A DNA stretch of 64,000 nt, taken from an uncultured archaeon (GTDB taxonomy: Archaea > Thermoproteota > Nitrososphaeria > Nitrososphaerales > Gagatemarchaeaceae). The stretch spans positions 736,001-800,000 of the forward strand of contig CAWFOU010000007.1 in the NCBI GenBank assembly GCA_963817525.1, in the 5' to 3' direction. Made by a program: the position numbers and the translations under genes. Positions 18,105-28,691 of the stretch are shown in pieces (within the stretch, counting starts at the first letter, position 1; each line of letters opens with the position of its first letter). The notes under the pieces are model-generated. The model was not told the origin of the DNA, did not search any database, and saw only the letters and a list, made by a program, of their open reading frames with translations.

Positions 18105-18237
18105 AGCATAGCAGAGTGCCTGAAGGCCATATCCCTGCGACATAGGGGCGGTTCTGGCCCGCTATGGCTGGTCCCAGACCTGACGGTGGGGCTCTAGAAA
18201 ATTCCGTAGGGGTGGGTTGAGGTCCTTGGCGGAGAGT

Positions 18238-18540
18238 CTAGCCGAAGAGCGACGCCAGTCCGGCGAGCGCCTCTTCTTCCCTCTTCTCCTCGACCTTGGG
18301 CTTCTCTTCCGCCTTTGCCGCAGGAGCCGCAGCCGCTGGGGCTGCCGCCACGGCCATCGTCGCCGCGCTCTTGAGCGCCTCGTCGATGTTGATTTCGCTC
18401 AGCGCGGAGGCGAGCGCCTTTACCTTGACGGTGTCTACGTCGACTCCGGCCGCCTTTACAACGCTCGTGAGGCCCGCCTCGTCGACCTTCTTCCCCGCCT
18501 TGTGAAGCACTAATGCAGCATACATGTACGAATCCGTCAT
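18238..18540 (-). CDS. rpl12: 50S ribosomal stalk protein L12/P1
   Basis: YMYAALVLHKAGK...AAPAAAAPAA...EEALAGLASLFG. Confidence 0.95.
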   Translation of the reverse strand: MTDSYMYAALVLHKAGKKVDEAGLTSVVKAAGVDVDTVKVKALASALSEINIDEALKSAATMAVAAAPAAAAPAAKAEEKPKVEEKREEEALAGLASLFG

Positions 18541-18690
18541 TTCGAAATTCGAACTCGCCATCCACCTACCGCTTTTATAGTTTTTGCTGGGAAAGGAGCC
18601 CCGGTGCCCTCCCCGCCTCGAGCCCACTCGAGACGTGCGCGAACCCCGAATCTGTTTATTACCTTCTCGGCAAGGCTGCGAGAGTCGCAG

Positions 18691-21435
18691 ATGAAGAGCC
18701 CGAAGGAGGTACTCCAGGAGAGGTTCTCCAGCGAGTACGAGAAGTACTACGAAGTCGACCTCTTCAAGCGCAAGGGCTTTGTCAGGAAGCAGTGCCCGAA
18801 CTGCGGGAAGCACTTTTGGACCCTGAGGCCCGAGAGGAAGCTCTGCGACGACTCGACCTGCTCGCCCTACACCTTCATCGGCGACCCGCCCACCAAGAAG
18901 AGGCTGGACTACATCCAGGCGTGGGACGTCGTCGAGAAGTTCTTCGTAAAGAACGGGCACGCCAGCGTCCCCAGATACCCCGTGGTCGCCCGGTGGCGGC
19001 CAGACCTCTTCTTCACCGTGGCCTCCATCGTGGACTTTCAGAGGATAGAGAACGGCAAGGTCGTCTTCGAGCTCCCAACCAACCCACTTGTCGTCCCGCA
19101 GATGTGCCTGAGGTTCAACGACATCCCGAGCGTCGGCGTAAGCGGCAAGCACGGGACCTCGTTCACCATGATAGGGCAGACGGCCATCGCGAACAAGCAG
19201 GGCTACTGGAAGGACAGGTGCATCGACCTCGACTTTGAGCTCCTCACGAAGGAGTTCGGCGTCCCCGAACAAGAGGTGTCGTTCGTGGAGAGCGTCTGGG
19301 TCGGCGCGGGGGCCTTCGGCTACTCCCTCGAGTACTTCGTTAGGGGCTTGGAGGCTGGGAACGCGGTCTTCACCGCCTACGAGGGGGACCCGTCGAACTA
19401 CACCGAGCTAGCCGAGAAGGTGGTCGACATGGGGGCGGGCCTGGAGAGGCTGTCGTGGATCACCACGGGCACCCCCACATACTATGACACGAGCTTCGCG
19501 CCGGTCCTCGCCCGCATGAGGGAGGGGTCGAAGATAACCTACGACCAGCGCCTCTTCGAGAAGTACTCGCGCCTCGCGGGGGCGATGAACCTCGACGAGT
19601 ACCCGACGCTGACAGAAGCGAGAAAGGTCATCGCCAAGAGCCTCGGCGTCGAGCCCGAGGCTCTCGCAAAGGCACTGGAGCCGATAGAGGCTATGTACGC
19701 CGTCGCAGACCACGCGCGCACCCTCCTGTTCGCGATCACGGACGGGCTGCCGCCCTCCAACGTGGGGGGAGGCTACAACCTGCGCGTCCTCTTCAGGAGG
19801 GCGCAGTCATTCATCGACTATCACGGTTTCAAGTTCCTGTTCTCGGACGTGGTGAACTGGCACATCGACCAGCTTGGGAAGATGTACCCCGAGCTCGAGG
19901 AGCACCGCGACGACGTGGCCAAGGTCCTCGCGGTCGAGTCGTCTCGCTACACCGCCACGGTCCAGCGGGTCTCGAGGACGGTCGCCTCGCTCGCCGCTTC
20001 CAAGAAGAACATCGGGGTCGACGACCTGGTCAAGCTCTACGACTCCGATGGCATCACCCCCGAGCAGCTGGTCGAGGGAGGCGCGAAGGTGGCCGTCCCG
20101 GAGGACTTTTACCAGCGGGTCGTCGCCAAGCACGTCTCCCAGAAGCTCGAGCAGAAGCGCCCCGAGTTCGACACCTCGGGCCTCCCGGAGACCAGGGCGC
20201 TCTACTACGAGGACGGAGAGAAGTTCGAGTTCGACGCCAAGGTCCTCAAGGCCTTCCGGGGGGGCTACGTCGTCCTTGACGAGACCGCCTTCTACCCGAG
20301 GGGAGGGGGCCAGGAGCCCGACCACGGGACAATCGAGGGCAGGCCCGTCACGGACATCGAGAAGTACGCCGGCGTGATAGTCCACAAGGTCGAGGGGCTG
20401 ACGCCCCGCGAGGGCCAGAAGGTCGTCGGGAAGGTGGACGCCAGAAGGCGGCAGAAGATACGCCGCATCCACACAGCCACGCACATCCTCAACGGGGCTT
20501 CGAGGCAGGTCCTCGGCCCCTGGATCTGGCAGCACTCTGTGTTCAAGGAGGAGGACTATGGCCGGCTAGACATCACCCACTTCGCCAAGCTCACGGACGA
20601 GGAGGTCAGGAAGATCGAGGACGTCGCGAACGACGTCGTCATGAAGAACTACCCGATCAAGATCACTTGGCTCCCCAGGAAGGAGGCCGAGGCCAAGTAC
20701 GGGTTCAGGCTCTTCCAGGGAGGGGTGGTCCCGTCCAGGACCCTTCGCATAGTCAACATCAACGACTGGGACGTGGAGGCGTGCGGGGGCACCCACACGG
20801 ACACGACCGGGCAGGTCGGGTTCATCAAGGTCATGAGGACGGAGAGGATACAGGACGGCGTCGAGAGGCTGATCTTCGTCGCGGGATACCCAGCAGTCGA
20901 CTACGTCCAGAAGATGGACTCGACGGTCGAGGAGGCGTCGGCCGTCCTCGGCACCCAGAGGGAGAACGTCATCAAGGTCATCTCCGCGATGAAGCAGAGG
21001 CTCGAGGAGTCCGAGAAGAGGGAGAAGGCGCTGGGCGACAAGCTCGTGGAGGCCTCCATCCCTACGCTCGTCTCCTCCGCTACCCCGATGCAGGGGCCAA
21101 AGGGCAAGGCGATGCTTTATGTGTCGGCGGACGGAGAGATGGGCGACGAACTTATTGTTAGCCGCGGCGAGAAGCTAGTAAAGGCAGAGCCGTCCCTAGT
21201 TAACGTCAACATCTCGCCCCGCGGAAGCTCCACGCGTGTCATCTGCTTTGTCGGGCCACAAGCAAGGGAGGCTGGCGTGGCCGCGGACTCCATCGTCAGG
21301 GAGCTATCGAAGGCCCTAGGGGGCTCCGGCGGCGGGTCCAAGGACTTCGCCCAGGGCGGGGGACCCAAGGCCATCGACGGGTCGGTCGCCAAGGAGATGG
21401 TGGCCAAGTCGGTCGCCGGCATGCTCGGGAATTAG
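18691..21435 (+). CDS. alaS: Alanyl-tRNA synthetase
   Basis: RYPVVARWRPDLFFTVASI, editing HTATH...CGGTH, C-terminal GGSGGG. Confidence 0.97.
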   Translation: MKSPKEVLQERFSSEYEKYYEVDLFKRKGFVRKQCPNCGKHFWTLRPERKLCDDSTCSPYTFIGDPPTKKRLDYIQAWDVVEKFFVKNGHASVPRYPVVARWRPDLFFTVASIVDFQRIENGKVVFELPTNPLVVPQMCLRFNDIPSVGVSGKHGTSFTMIGQTAIANKQGYWKDRCIDLDFELLTKEFGVPEQEVSFVESVWVGAGAFGYSLEYFVRGLEAGNAVFTAYEGDPSNYTELAEKVVDMGAGLERLSWITTGTPTYYDTSFAPVLARMREGSKITYDQRLFEKYSRLAGAMNLDEYPTLTEARKVIAKSLGVEPEALAKALEPIEAMYAVADHARTLLFAITDGLPPSNVGGGYNLRVLFRRAQSFIDYHGFKFLFSDVVNWHIDQLGKMYPELEEHRDDVAKVLAVESSRYTATVQRVSRTVASLAASKKNIGVDDLVKLYDSDGITPEQLVEGGAKVAVPEDFYQRVVAKHVSQKLEQKRPEFDTSGLPETRALYYEDGEKFEFDAKVLKAFRGGYVVLDETAFYPRGGGQEPDHGTIEGRPVTDIEKYAGVIVHKVEGLTPREGQKVVGKVDARRRQKIRRIHTATHILNGASRQVLGPWIWQHSVFKEEDYGRLDITHFAKLTDEEVRKIEDVANDVVMKNYPIKITWLPRKEAEAKYGFRLFQGGVVPSRTLRIVNINDWDVEACGGTHTDTTGQVGFIKVMRTERIQDGVERLIFVAGYPAVDYVQKMDSTVEEASAVLGTQRENVIKVISAMKQRLEESEKREKALGDKLVEASIPTLVSSATPMQGPKGKAMLYVSADGEMGDELIVSRGEKLVKAEPSLVNVNISPRGSSTRVICFVGPQAREAGVAADSIVRELSKALGGSGGGSKDFAQGGGPKAIDGSVAKEMVAKSVAGMLGN

Positions 21436-21444
21436 GGATAGGCC

Positions 21445-24303
21445 TTGGCGCAATACGAGAAGCACTGGCTCAAGGTATGGAATGATAGGCGCATCTTCGA
21501 GTCCGAGTCCGTCCCGGGTCGGAAGAAGTCGTTCGTCACCTTCCCCTTCCCGTACATGAACGGGCCTCTCCACATTGGGCACTGCTTCACCGCGAGCCGC
21601 GTCGACATCTTCGCGCGCTTCAAGAGGATGCAGGGCTACAACGTCCTGTTCCCCTGGGCCTGGCACTGGACGGGGGAGAGCATCCCCGGGATGAGCTACC
21701 GCCTCTCGCTGGGAGACGAGGGGGTGCGCAAGGCCTTCCTCGAGATCGACGGCGTCCCCGAGAAGGAGGTGGAGCGCTTCGTCGACCCTGAGTACCTGGC
21801 CTCCTACTACACCCGGGTTAGCCGCGAGGCCGTCAAGGACACGGGCTTCGCCATCGACTGGCGGAGAGAGTTCAGGACGGTCGACCCGGCGTTCAAGAAG
21901 TTCATCGACTGGCAGTACCAGAGGCTCCGCGAGCTGGGCTACGTCGTGCAGGGGACCCACCCCGTCGTCTGGTGCAGCCACGACGAGAGCCCCACCGGGG
22001 ACCACGACAGGATGGAGGGGGAGGGCGTCTCCCCGGAGGAGTTCAACCTGCTCAGGTTCGAGGTCGACGAGGACAAGGCGAAGGGCTCGCCCGTGCTCTC
22101 GAAGAAGTTCCTGGTCGCCGGCACCCTCCGCCCCGAGACCATCTTCGGGGCGACCAACGTCTGGGTCCACCCCCACGGCAAGTACGCCGAGGCCGACGTC
22201 GAAGGCGAGACGTGGATAATCAGCCTCTCCGCGGTCCACAGGCTCTCGGAGCAGCAGCACAAGGTCAAGGTCCTCGACGAGTTCGAGGGCTCGGAGCTCC
22301 TCGGCCTGACGGTCAAGGCCCCGCTGACCGGCAAGCGTCTGCCCGTCCTCCCCGCGACCTTCGTGGACACCGAGCTCGTGACTGGCGTGGTCTATAGCGT
22401 GCCCGCCCACGCTCCCTACGACTACATGGGCCTGGTCGACGTCCAGGAGGGGCGGGTCAAGGCTCCTCCGTCTGTGGTGAAGCTCGCCAGGGAGCTCAAG
22501 CCGATCCCGCTCATCACCGTCCCGGGCTACTCCTCCATTCCCGCGGAGGACGAGGTCAAGAAGCGGGGGATCAAGGACTCCAGCGACCCCAAGCTCGAGG
22601 ACGCGACCGCCGAGGTCTACAAGGCCGAGTTCCACAAGGGCGTGATGAAGGAGAACACGGGGAGCTTCAAGGGCCTGAAGGTCAGCGAGGCCAAGGAGAA
22701 GGTCGTCGAGGAGATGAAGGGCAAGGGCATCCTCACCACCATGCAGGAGCTCCCGCAGAGGGTGGTGTGCAAATGCGGGACGAGGTGCTACGTCAAGATA
22801 CTCGAGAACCAGTGGTTCCTGAACTACTCGGACCCCGCCTGGAAGGAGAAGACCAAGACCCTCATCAGGGCCGCCAACGTCTACCCCGAGCAGTCGCTCG
22901 AGTGGTACTTCTCGACGATCGATTGGCTGCGCAACTGGCCGTGCGCGCGCAAGTCAGGGATGGGCACCAAGCTCCCGTGGGACCGGGAGTGGATAGTCGA
23001 GACCCTTTCCGATTCCACCATCTACATGGCGTTCTACACGATCTGCCAGTTCGTCAACAACGAGACCGTCAAGTTCGGGCAGCTGCTCCCTGAGGTCTTC
23101 GACTATCTCCTCCTCGGGAAGGGCTCCGACGCCCACGTATCCAAGCTCTCCGGCATCGACCTCAAGACCTTGAAGGCGATGAAGAACGAATTCTCCTACT
23201 GGTATCCGGTCGACCTGAGGAACTCCGCCAAGGAGCTCATCCCCAACCACCTTACCTTCTTCGCGTTCCACCACGCCGCCCTGTTCGAGCAGAAGCACTG
23301 GCCCAGAGGCTTCAGCGTCAACGGGATGATCCAGATAGAGGGCCAGAAGATGAGCAAGTCGAGGAACATCTTCATCACCTGGCGGCACGCGCTCGACCAG
23401 TACGGGGCTGACGGGCTGCGCGCCACACTCGCGCTCGCCGCGGACGGGATGGACGACGCCGACTGGAAGTCAAAGAACGCCGAGGACATCAGCGCGAAGA
23501 TAGACTCGCTCTTCCCCTTCATCGAGAAGTCGCTGGCCGCCTCGACCGAGAGGGACGCAGACCTCTCCGACCGCTGGCTGCTCTCCATGGTCCACGGGCG
23601 CATAGACCTGACGACCAAGTCCCTCGAGGAGATGAAGATCCGGAAGGCCATCTCCGTGGCGCTCCTCGACGTCTGGAACGACCTCCGGTGGTATCTCAGG
23701 AGGACGGAGAAGCCCAGGTACGAGACGCTCAAGACGGTCTTCGAGACCTGGATACGCATGGTCGCTCCGTTCATCCCCTTCGCCGCGGAGGAGCTCAACA
23801 GCAGGATGGGGAACAAGGGGCTCATCGCCACGGCAGACTGGCCCTCGGTGGTGGACTACCCGCGGGACGAGGAGGCGGAGGTCTCCGAGCTCCTCGTCGC
23901 AAAGGTCATCGAGGACGCGAGGAACCTGCTGAAGATAATCAAGGAGAGGAAGACCCGACTGACCGTCTACGTGGCGTCCGACACCGCCTCCGAGTTCTTC
24001 CTTGCGCTGGCGACCACGGAGAAGGGCGAACGCGGGGAGGTCATCAAGAAGTACGCCCCGTCCGGGATAAAGCCGGACAGGGTAATCAAGCTCCAGTACG
24101 AGCTGGGGCAGGAGCTGGTCGTGAGGCTCGCCTCACTCGGGAAGTTCGACGAGTTCGAGGTCCTGAGGAACGCCGCGCGCTTCCTCTCCAGCGAGGCCGG
24201 GATAGAGGTGAGGGTCTTCAAGGCGGGAGGGACGAAGGTCGAGGACCCCGCCAACAAGGCCAAGGACGCCCTCCCGTTCAAGCCCTCGTTCTATCTAGAA
24301 TAG
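21445..24303 (+). CDS. leuS: Leucyl-tRNA synthetase
   Basis: FPYMNGPLHIGH, TLRPETIFG, KMSKS. Confidence 0.97.
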   Translation: MAQYEKHWLKVWNDRRIFESESVPGRKKSFVTFPFPYMNGPLHIGHCFTASRVDIFARFKRMQGYNVLFPWAWHWTGESIPGMSYRLSLGDEGVRKAFLEIDGVPEKEVERFVDPEYLASYYTRVSREAVKDTGFAIDWRREFRTVDPAFKKFIDWQYQRLRELGYVVQGTHPVVWCSHDESPTGDHDRMEGEGVSPEEFNLLRFEVDEDKAKGSPVLSKKFLVAGTLRPETIFGATNVWVHPHGKYAEADVEGETWIISLSAVHRLSEQQHKVKVLDEFEGSELLGLTVKAPLTGKRLPVLPATFVDTELVTGVVYSVPAHAPYDYMGLVDVQEGRVKAPPSVVKLARELKPIPLITVPGYSSIPAEDEVKKRGIKDSSDPKLEDATAEVYKAEFHKGVMKENTGSFKGLKVSEAKEKVVEEMKGKGILTTMQELPQRVVCKCGTRCYVKILENQWFLNYSDPAWKEKTKTLIRAANVYPEQSLEWYFSTIDWLRNWPCARKSGMGTKLPWDREWIVETLSDSTIYMAFYTICQFVNNETVKFGQLLPEVFDYLLLGKGSDAHVSKLSGIDLKTLKAMKNEFSYWYPVDLRNSAKELIPNHLTFFAFHHAALFEQKHWPRGFSVNGMIQIEGQKMSKSRNIFITWRHALDQYGADGLRATLALAADGMDDADWKSKNAEDISAKIDSLFPFIEKSLAASTERDADLSDRWLLSMVHGRIDLTTKSLEEMKIRKAISVALLDVWNDLRWYLRRTEKPRYETLKTVFETWIRMVAPFIPFAAEELNSRMGNKGLIATADWPSVVDYPRDEEAEVSELLVAKVIEDARNLLKIIKERKTRLTVYVASDTASEFFLALATTEKGERGEVIKKYAPSGIKPDRVIKLQYELGQELVVRLASLGKFDEFEVLRNAARFLSSEAGIEVRVFKAGGTKVEDPANKAKDALPFKPSFYLE

Positions 24304-24368
24304 AGTTCCGGGCAGCAGATTCTGACCCGCAGTTTCTATTTTCAGGTCCTCGGTTAGTTGGTGCTTTT

Positions 24369-25172
24369 GTGCTACGCCTGACTACTAGTGTGTTGAAGAA
24401 GTGCCGATTCTGTGGTGTTCCACTAAACCTTGCATCAAACTGGTGGCTTAGCAGCTATCGACGTCATGACTATGGATGTATTCAATGTCTCTCGGCGAAA
24501 AATCAGCGGTACAGGTTGAATCACGCCAATTCAATGAGAAAGTATAACGAGGCATACTATCTTTCGCACAAGTCAACAATACTGCCAAGAAGGCGATCGA
24601 ATCATCTTAAGAATCGAGAGGCCGAGTTACGTCAATAAGCAAAGTACCGCAGAGAACTCAAAATCAAATCCATCGAAAAATTTGGAGGTCAATGCGTTCA
24701 TTGCGGGCAACGGGAACTCGCGTTCCTCACTTTCGGTCATCTCAAAGACGGAGATGGAGCCAAGCACCGACGAGAGGGAACCGGGCAGCACGACGGAGCT
24801 CATTTCTATTTGCGTCTGCTTCGCGGTGAACTAACCGAATTTCCATTGCAGTCGGAATGTTTCAACTGCAACAACGGTAAACGGAACGTAGGATTGCTGC
24901 GCATGAAGGCCATAGCTGCCTACGGAGGTAAGTGTTTGTGTTGTGGTGAATCAAGAGCAAGTCGTCTAACACTTGGCCATCCCAACAACGATGGGGGAGT
25001 TCATCGCAAACTAGTTCAGGCAGAGAAGACCTTCTATAGACACATCAAAGCAGCTGGCTTCCCCGCCAGGCCAGATGGATTCAATATAGAAATTCAGTGT
25101 TGGAACTGCAATCTGGGCGCCGAAATGAACTCAGGAATCTGCCCGCATAAAACATGCACGGGGGAAAAATGA
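24369..25172 (+). pseudogene. Tandem-domain HNH-like (His-Me) endonuclease gene interrupted by an in-frame TAA (24636-24638)
   Basis: One frame across the TAA: N-terminal CRFC...CIQC finger, then two repeats GGxCxxCG...LTxGH..DGxxHR...FY...CxNCN; AT-richer than flanks. Confidence 0.7.
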
Positions 25173-25198
25173 GAGAGGACGGGGAGTAATTGATTGAA

Positions 25199-25348
25199 TC
25201 ACTTAACTCCGCCGATACGAAATAGGCGAGTACCACAGACTGGACAAGTCCCTTGTATCGCTTTTCTTCCATTCTTCATGGTAATTTCTTTGGGGTCTTT
25301 CATCTCCCTCTTTGCTTTGCATTTCACGCAGAAGGCTTGAGTCGCCAT
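25199..25348 (-). CDS. DUF5679-like small basic zinc-binding protein, 49 aa
   Basis: Not in the ORF track. MATQAFCVKCKAKREMKDPKEITMKNGRKAIQGTCPVCGTRLFRIGGVK. Confidence 0.85.
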   Translation of the reverse strand: MATQAFCVKCKAKREMKDPKEITMKNGRKAIQGTCPVCGTRLFRIGGVK

Positions 25349-25508
25349 TATGATTCGCTCTTCAGACGTGGATGAACCCGTATAAACCGCGCCAGTCCAA
25401 CACGCTTCTCAACTGGCTCCACCAGATTAGACAATGACTTGGACGTCACAAGAGTTACCCGGAGGTTAATTACGGCCTGGCTCTCCAGACGAGAATCGTA
25501 GGCGCGCC

Positions 25509-26546
25509 TTGGCAACGATTCTATACGGCGTCAGCCCGATCGGGTTTGGGCACGCTTCCCGCTCCGTGGCGATCGGGCTCAAGCTGAGGGAAAAGTCGAT
25601 CGAGCCGGAGTTCGCGACGGGCGGCCCCGCGGCGAAGTTCCTCGAGTCCTACGGCTTCAAGGTCCACGACGTCGTCACCGAGCCCGTCCCCTCGGAGTCG
25701 GGAGGGGAGATGAAGATGGCTGCGCTGTGGTATCTCAGGTACTGGTTCGGCTACAGGTCGACCAGCGGGAGGATGGCCGAGCTAATCACGAGGCTCTCCC
25801 CCCGCCTCGTGGTGGGGGACGAGGAGTTCTCCTCCGTCTCCCTCGCGCTCCAGAGGGGGATCCGGCACGCGATGATATCCGACGAGCTCCAGCTCGGCTT
25901 TGCGAGGGGCGCGGTCGCGAAGAGGGTGGAGGCGCGCGTGAGCGAGTGGTACTCGGACCTCCAGGGGCGCGTCTCCAACCTGCTCGTCCCGGCCTTCGGG
26001 ACGGACAGCGGTAACGTCCACTACATGACCCCTGTGACGAGGGAGGTCAGGACGACGCGCGAGGCGGAGAGGAACGAGCGAGGCCTCCCCCTCGACTCCA
26101 AGGTCGTCCTCTTCAGCTCGAGCGGTAGCGGGATCGGGAGGTTCCTTCTCGAAAAGTCCCTCCGGGCCTTCAAGAATGTGTGCACGCACGGGGAGGTCTT
26201 CGCCACCTCGGGGGTCGGCATCCCCCACGCGGCGGGGAACGTGCGCGACCTGGGGGTCGTCCGCGACAACCAGAACCTGATCGCGGCGTCCGACCTCGTC
26301 ATCTCGACGGCGGGGAAGAGCACCATCGACGAGTGCGTCGGCAGCGGCACGCCGATCATCGCCGTCCCGATAAGAAACCATGTCGAGCAGGAGAGGAACG
26401 CCGCCGAGCTGGGCTTCTCCTTCGGCGACCTAGGAAGGCTCGAGGAGCTCATACCCAAGCTCGTGGGCAGGAGGAGCGCGCCCGCAAACTACGCGGGCGC
26501 CCAGCGGACCGCTGACTACCTGGCTTCGCTTCTGCCCGCCAGCTAG
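25509..26546 (+). CDS. GT-B glycosyltransferase (MurG/GT28-like)
   Basis: GFGHASRS, DLVISTAGKSTIDE, PIRNHVEQERNA. Confidence 0.85.
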   Translation: MATILYGVSPIGFGHASRSVAIGLKLREKSIEPEFATGGPAAKFLESYGFKVHDVVTEPVPSESGGEMKMAALWYLRYWFGYRSTSGRMAELITRLSPRLVVGDEEFSSVSLALQRGIRHAMISDELQLGFARGAVAKRVEARVSEWYSDLQGRVSNLLVPAFGTDSGNVHYMTPVTREVRTTREAERNERGLPLDSKVVLFSSSGSGIGRFLLEKSLRAFKNVCTHGEVFATSGVGIPHAAGNVRDLGVVRDNQNLIAASDLVISTAGKSTIDECVGSGTPIIAVPIRNHVEQERNAAELGFSFGDLGRLEELIPKLVGRRSAPANYAGAQRTADYLASLLPAS

Positions 26547-27080
26547 GCGCCCTTCGACTTCTTCCCCGCGCCCTTGCGAGAGAGCTCGCGCATCACCTTC
26601 TTGACCGCATCCTCAGGGGTCGACCCGCCTTCTATGAGCCGGGTCTTCCTCCCGTCCAGGTACCTTCCGGCCCACTCGTCGGCGACGCCGCCCGTCCCCT
26701 TGACGGCCACTATAGGCTTCGCGGCCTGGTAGGCGGCGGCCACCTCGGAGGGTCCCTGCCCCTCCCCCGACGACTATCATCGCGTCCCCGGAGTAGGCGA
26801 CGACGAAGTTCCTGACCCTCCCCAGCCCCGTGGCTATCACGAACTCGCAATACCGGTTCGCCTCGTCGGCGTCTGCGGAAGGGATGATGCCCACCGAGTG
26901 GCCGCCCGCGTCGAGCGCCCCCCTGCTCGCGGCCTCCATCACTCCGCCTAGGCCTCCGCAAACGACCGTCCCGCCCTCCGTCGCAATCGCCCTCCCCACC
27001 CTGTATGCGGCCTCGCGCGCGACACCTGTGCACGAGTCGGCGTCGAAGCCCACGACTGAAATCTGAACTCGCCGGACCAC
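26543..27080 (-). CDS. LOG/TIGR00725 family protein with a frameshift near 26747
   Basis: VCGGLGGVMEAASRGA, RNFVV, GGGAGTL in one frame; EVAAAYQAAKPIVAVKGTGG continues in another. Confidence 0.8.
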
Positions 27081-27141
27081 GGCCGGCGTGGCCGGCTCAA
27101 GCCCTTAAAGGCTCAACGGGCCACGGGGTGCGATCCTCCGA

Positions 27142-27819
27142 TTGACTCGAGCGCGATATGTCGACCGGGCGGAGGCGGGGAGGGTCCTCGCGAAGGCCGT
27201 GAAGCGCGACCTAGGCCCGGGCCTCGCGTCGGGGAGACCTCTGGTCTTGGCCATACCCAGGGGAGGGGTCCCGATAGGCCGCGACGTCGCCGCCGCTCTG
27301 GACGCGGACCTCGACCTCGTCGTGCCAAGGAAGCTCGGGGCCGAGGGGAACCCGGAGTATGCCATCGGGGCGGTAATGCAAGATGGGACCCTCTACTTGA
27401 ACCCGGATGCCCTCAGGGTGACGGGTGCGGGCAAGGAGTACATCGACGCGGAGAAGGGCAGGGAGATGAGGGAGGCGGCGAGGCGCCTCGAGGCTTACAG
27501 GGACGGGCGCCCCGAGCCAGCGCTCCCCGGGAGGGTCGTCGTAGTCGTCGACGACGGGATCGCCACGGGGGCGACCATGATAGCCGCATTGAGGTGGGTC
27601 AGGTCTCACGGGGCGCGGATGGCGGTCGCCGCGGCGCCGGTCGCCCCGCTCAGCACTGTCGATGAGCTGAGCCGGGAGGCTGACCTCGTGATATGCCCTC
27701 TCACGCCCGAGCCCTTCTACGCGATAGGCGCCTTCTACGATAGCTTCGGGCAGGTCAGCGACGAGGAGGTCAAGGCGACGCTGCAGGGATATCGGGGCCG
27801 ACCCGCAAAGGGACCATGA
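27142..27819 (+). CDS. Phosphoribosyltransferase family protein
   Basis: LAIPRGGVP, VVVVDDGIATGAT. Confidence 0.9.
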   Translation: MTRARYVDRAEAGRVLAKAVKRDLGPGLASGRPLVLAIPRGGVPIGRDVAAALDADLDLVVPRKLGAEGNPEYAIGAVMQDGTLYLNPDALRVTGAGKEYIDAEKGREMREAARRLEAYRDGRPEPALPGRVVVVVDDGIATGATMIAALRWVRSHGARMAVAAAPVAPLSTVDELSREADLVICPLTPEPFYAIGAFYDSFGQVSDEEVKATLQGYRGRPAKGP

Positions 27820-28691
27820 TCTCCCTCGCCGTGGTCTTGGGGCTCGTCCTCGCCTTCTGCTTCGGGACCTCCGACTACCTCTCAAAGGGCTTGACGGCGA
27901 CGGTGGGGTTCTACCGTACTGCCGTCTACACTCTGGCTGTCAGCGGGGCGCTCGTTCTGGTTCCCGTTTTCCTGCTAGGGATTCCCGGGCGGCTCACCAT
28001 CGCCGGCTTCTTCCTCCTCGCTCTGATTGCCGGGTCAACGTTCGTCGCGTTCTTGTTCATGTACCGAGGATACCAGAAGGGACACCTCTCCGTCGTCTCA
28101 CCGACCGTGAACTCGTTCCCAATCTTCTCAGTCGTCTTCGCGATATTCGTCCTTCGGATCGCGATATCGTCGGAGGAGCTCCTCGCCCTCGCAGGCGTGA
28201 TCCTGGGCATCCTGCTGGTCTCGACGAACCTGGCTGCGCTCAGGTCGTCGACGGGGCGCAGCCTCACGCCCGGAGTCCCCGAGGCCGTCTTGGCCTCGTT
28301 CTTCTTCGCGGTGGGGTTCACCTCGCTGGGATATGCGGACGAGACGATCGGCTACCTCTTCCCCATCCTGGCGGCAAGGCTGGGAGCCGCCGCAGTGGGG
28401 TTTGTCATCGGCGCCGCCCTGAAGCAGGACCTCGCGCCATTCGGAAAGCCGCTCCTCCGGCTCCTAGCGATGGGAACGCTGGAGGCGACCGGGATCCTCG
28501 CCTTCACCCTCGCGCTCTACTACACGAGCATCGCCACCCTCCCGATAGCCACGACCCTGGGAGGAATGGGCGTAGTCTTCACGGTGGGGTACGCGGTGGT
28601 CCTGATGAAGGAGAGGGTCGGGCTGAACTACGCCATAGGGATCGTGATCCTCATCGCGAGCGTGGCGACCCTTCTCTACCTCACGGCTTGA
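27816..28691 (+). CDS. EamA/DMT family transporter
   Basis: Ten TMs in two repeats; GHLSVVSP, LMKERV. Confidence 0.85.
   Translation: MISLAVVLGLVLAFCFGTSDYLSKGLTATVGFYRTAVYTLAVSGALVLVPVFLLGIPGRLTIAGFFLLALIAGSTFVAFLFMYRGYQKGHLSVVSPTVNSFPIFSVVFAIFVLRIAISSEELLALAGVILGILLVSTNLAALRSSTGRSLTPGVPEAVLASFFFAVGFTSLGYADETIGYLFPILAARLGAAAVGFVIGAALKQDLAPFGKPLLRLLAMGTLEATGILAFTLALYYTSIATLPIATTLGGMGVVFTVGYAVVLMKERVGLNYAIGIVILIASVATLLYLTA

Noticed and set aside
16839-23831. Long antisense or alternative-frame ORFs (e.g. 16839-18143, 18238-19272, 21316-22635)
   Set aside because: Shadow ORFs expected from high GC3, overlapping confidently identified ribosomal protein and synthetase genes.
18691-24303. Inteins in alaS, leuS or other core genes
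   Set aside because: Protein lengths look normal and no intein splice motifs were seen.
751-24638. Stop-codon recoding to explain the in-frame TAG (751) and TAA (24636)
   Set aside because: Both codons terminate core genes in this window; isolated nonsense mutations in accessory DNA are simpler.
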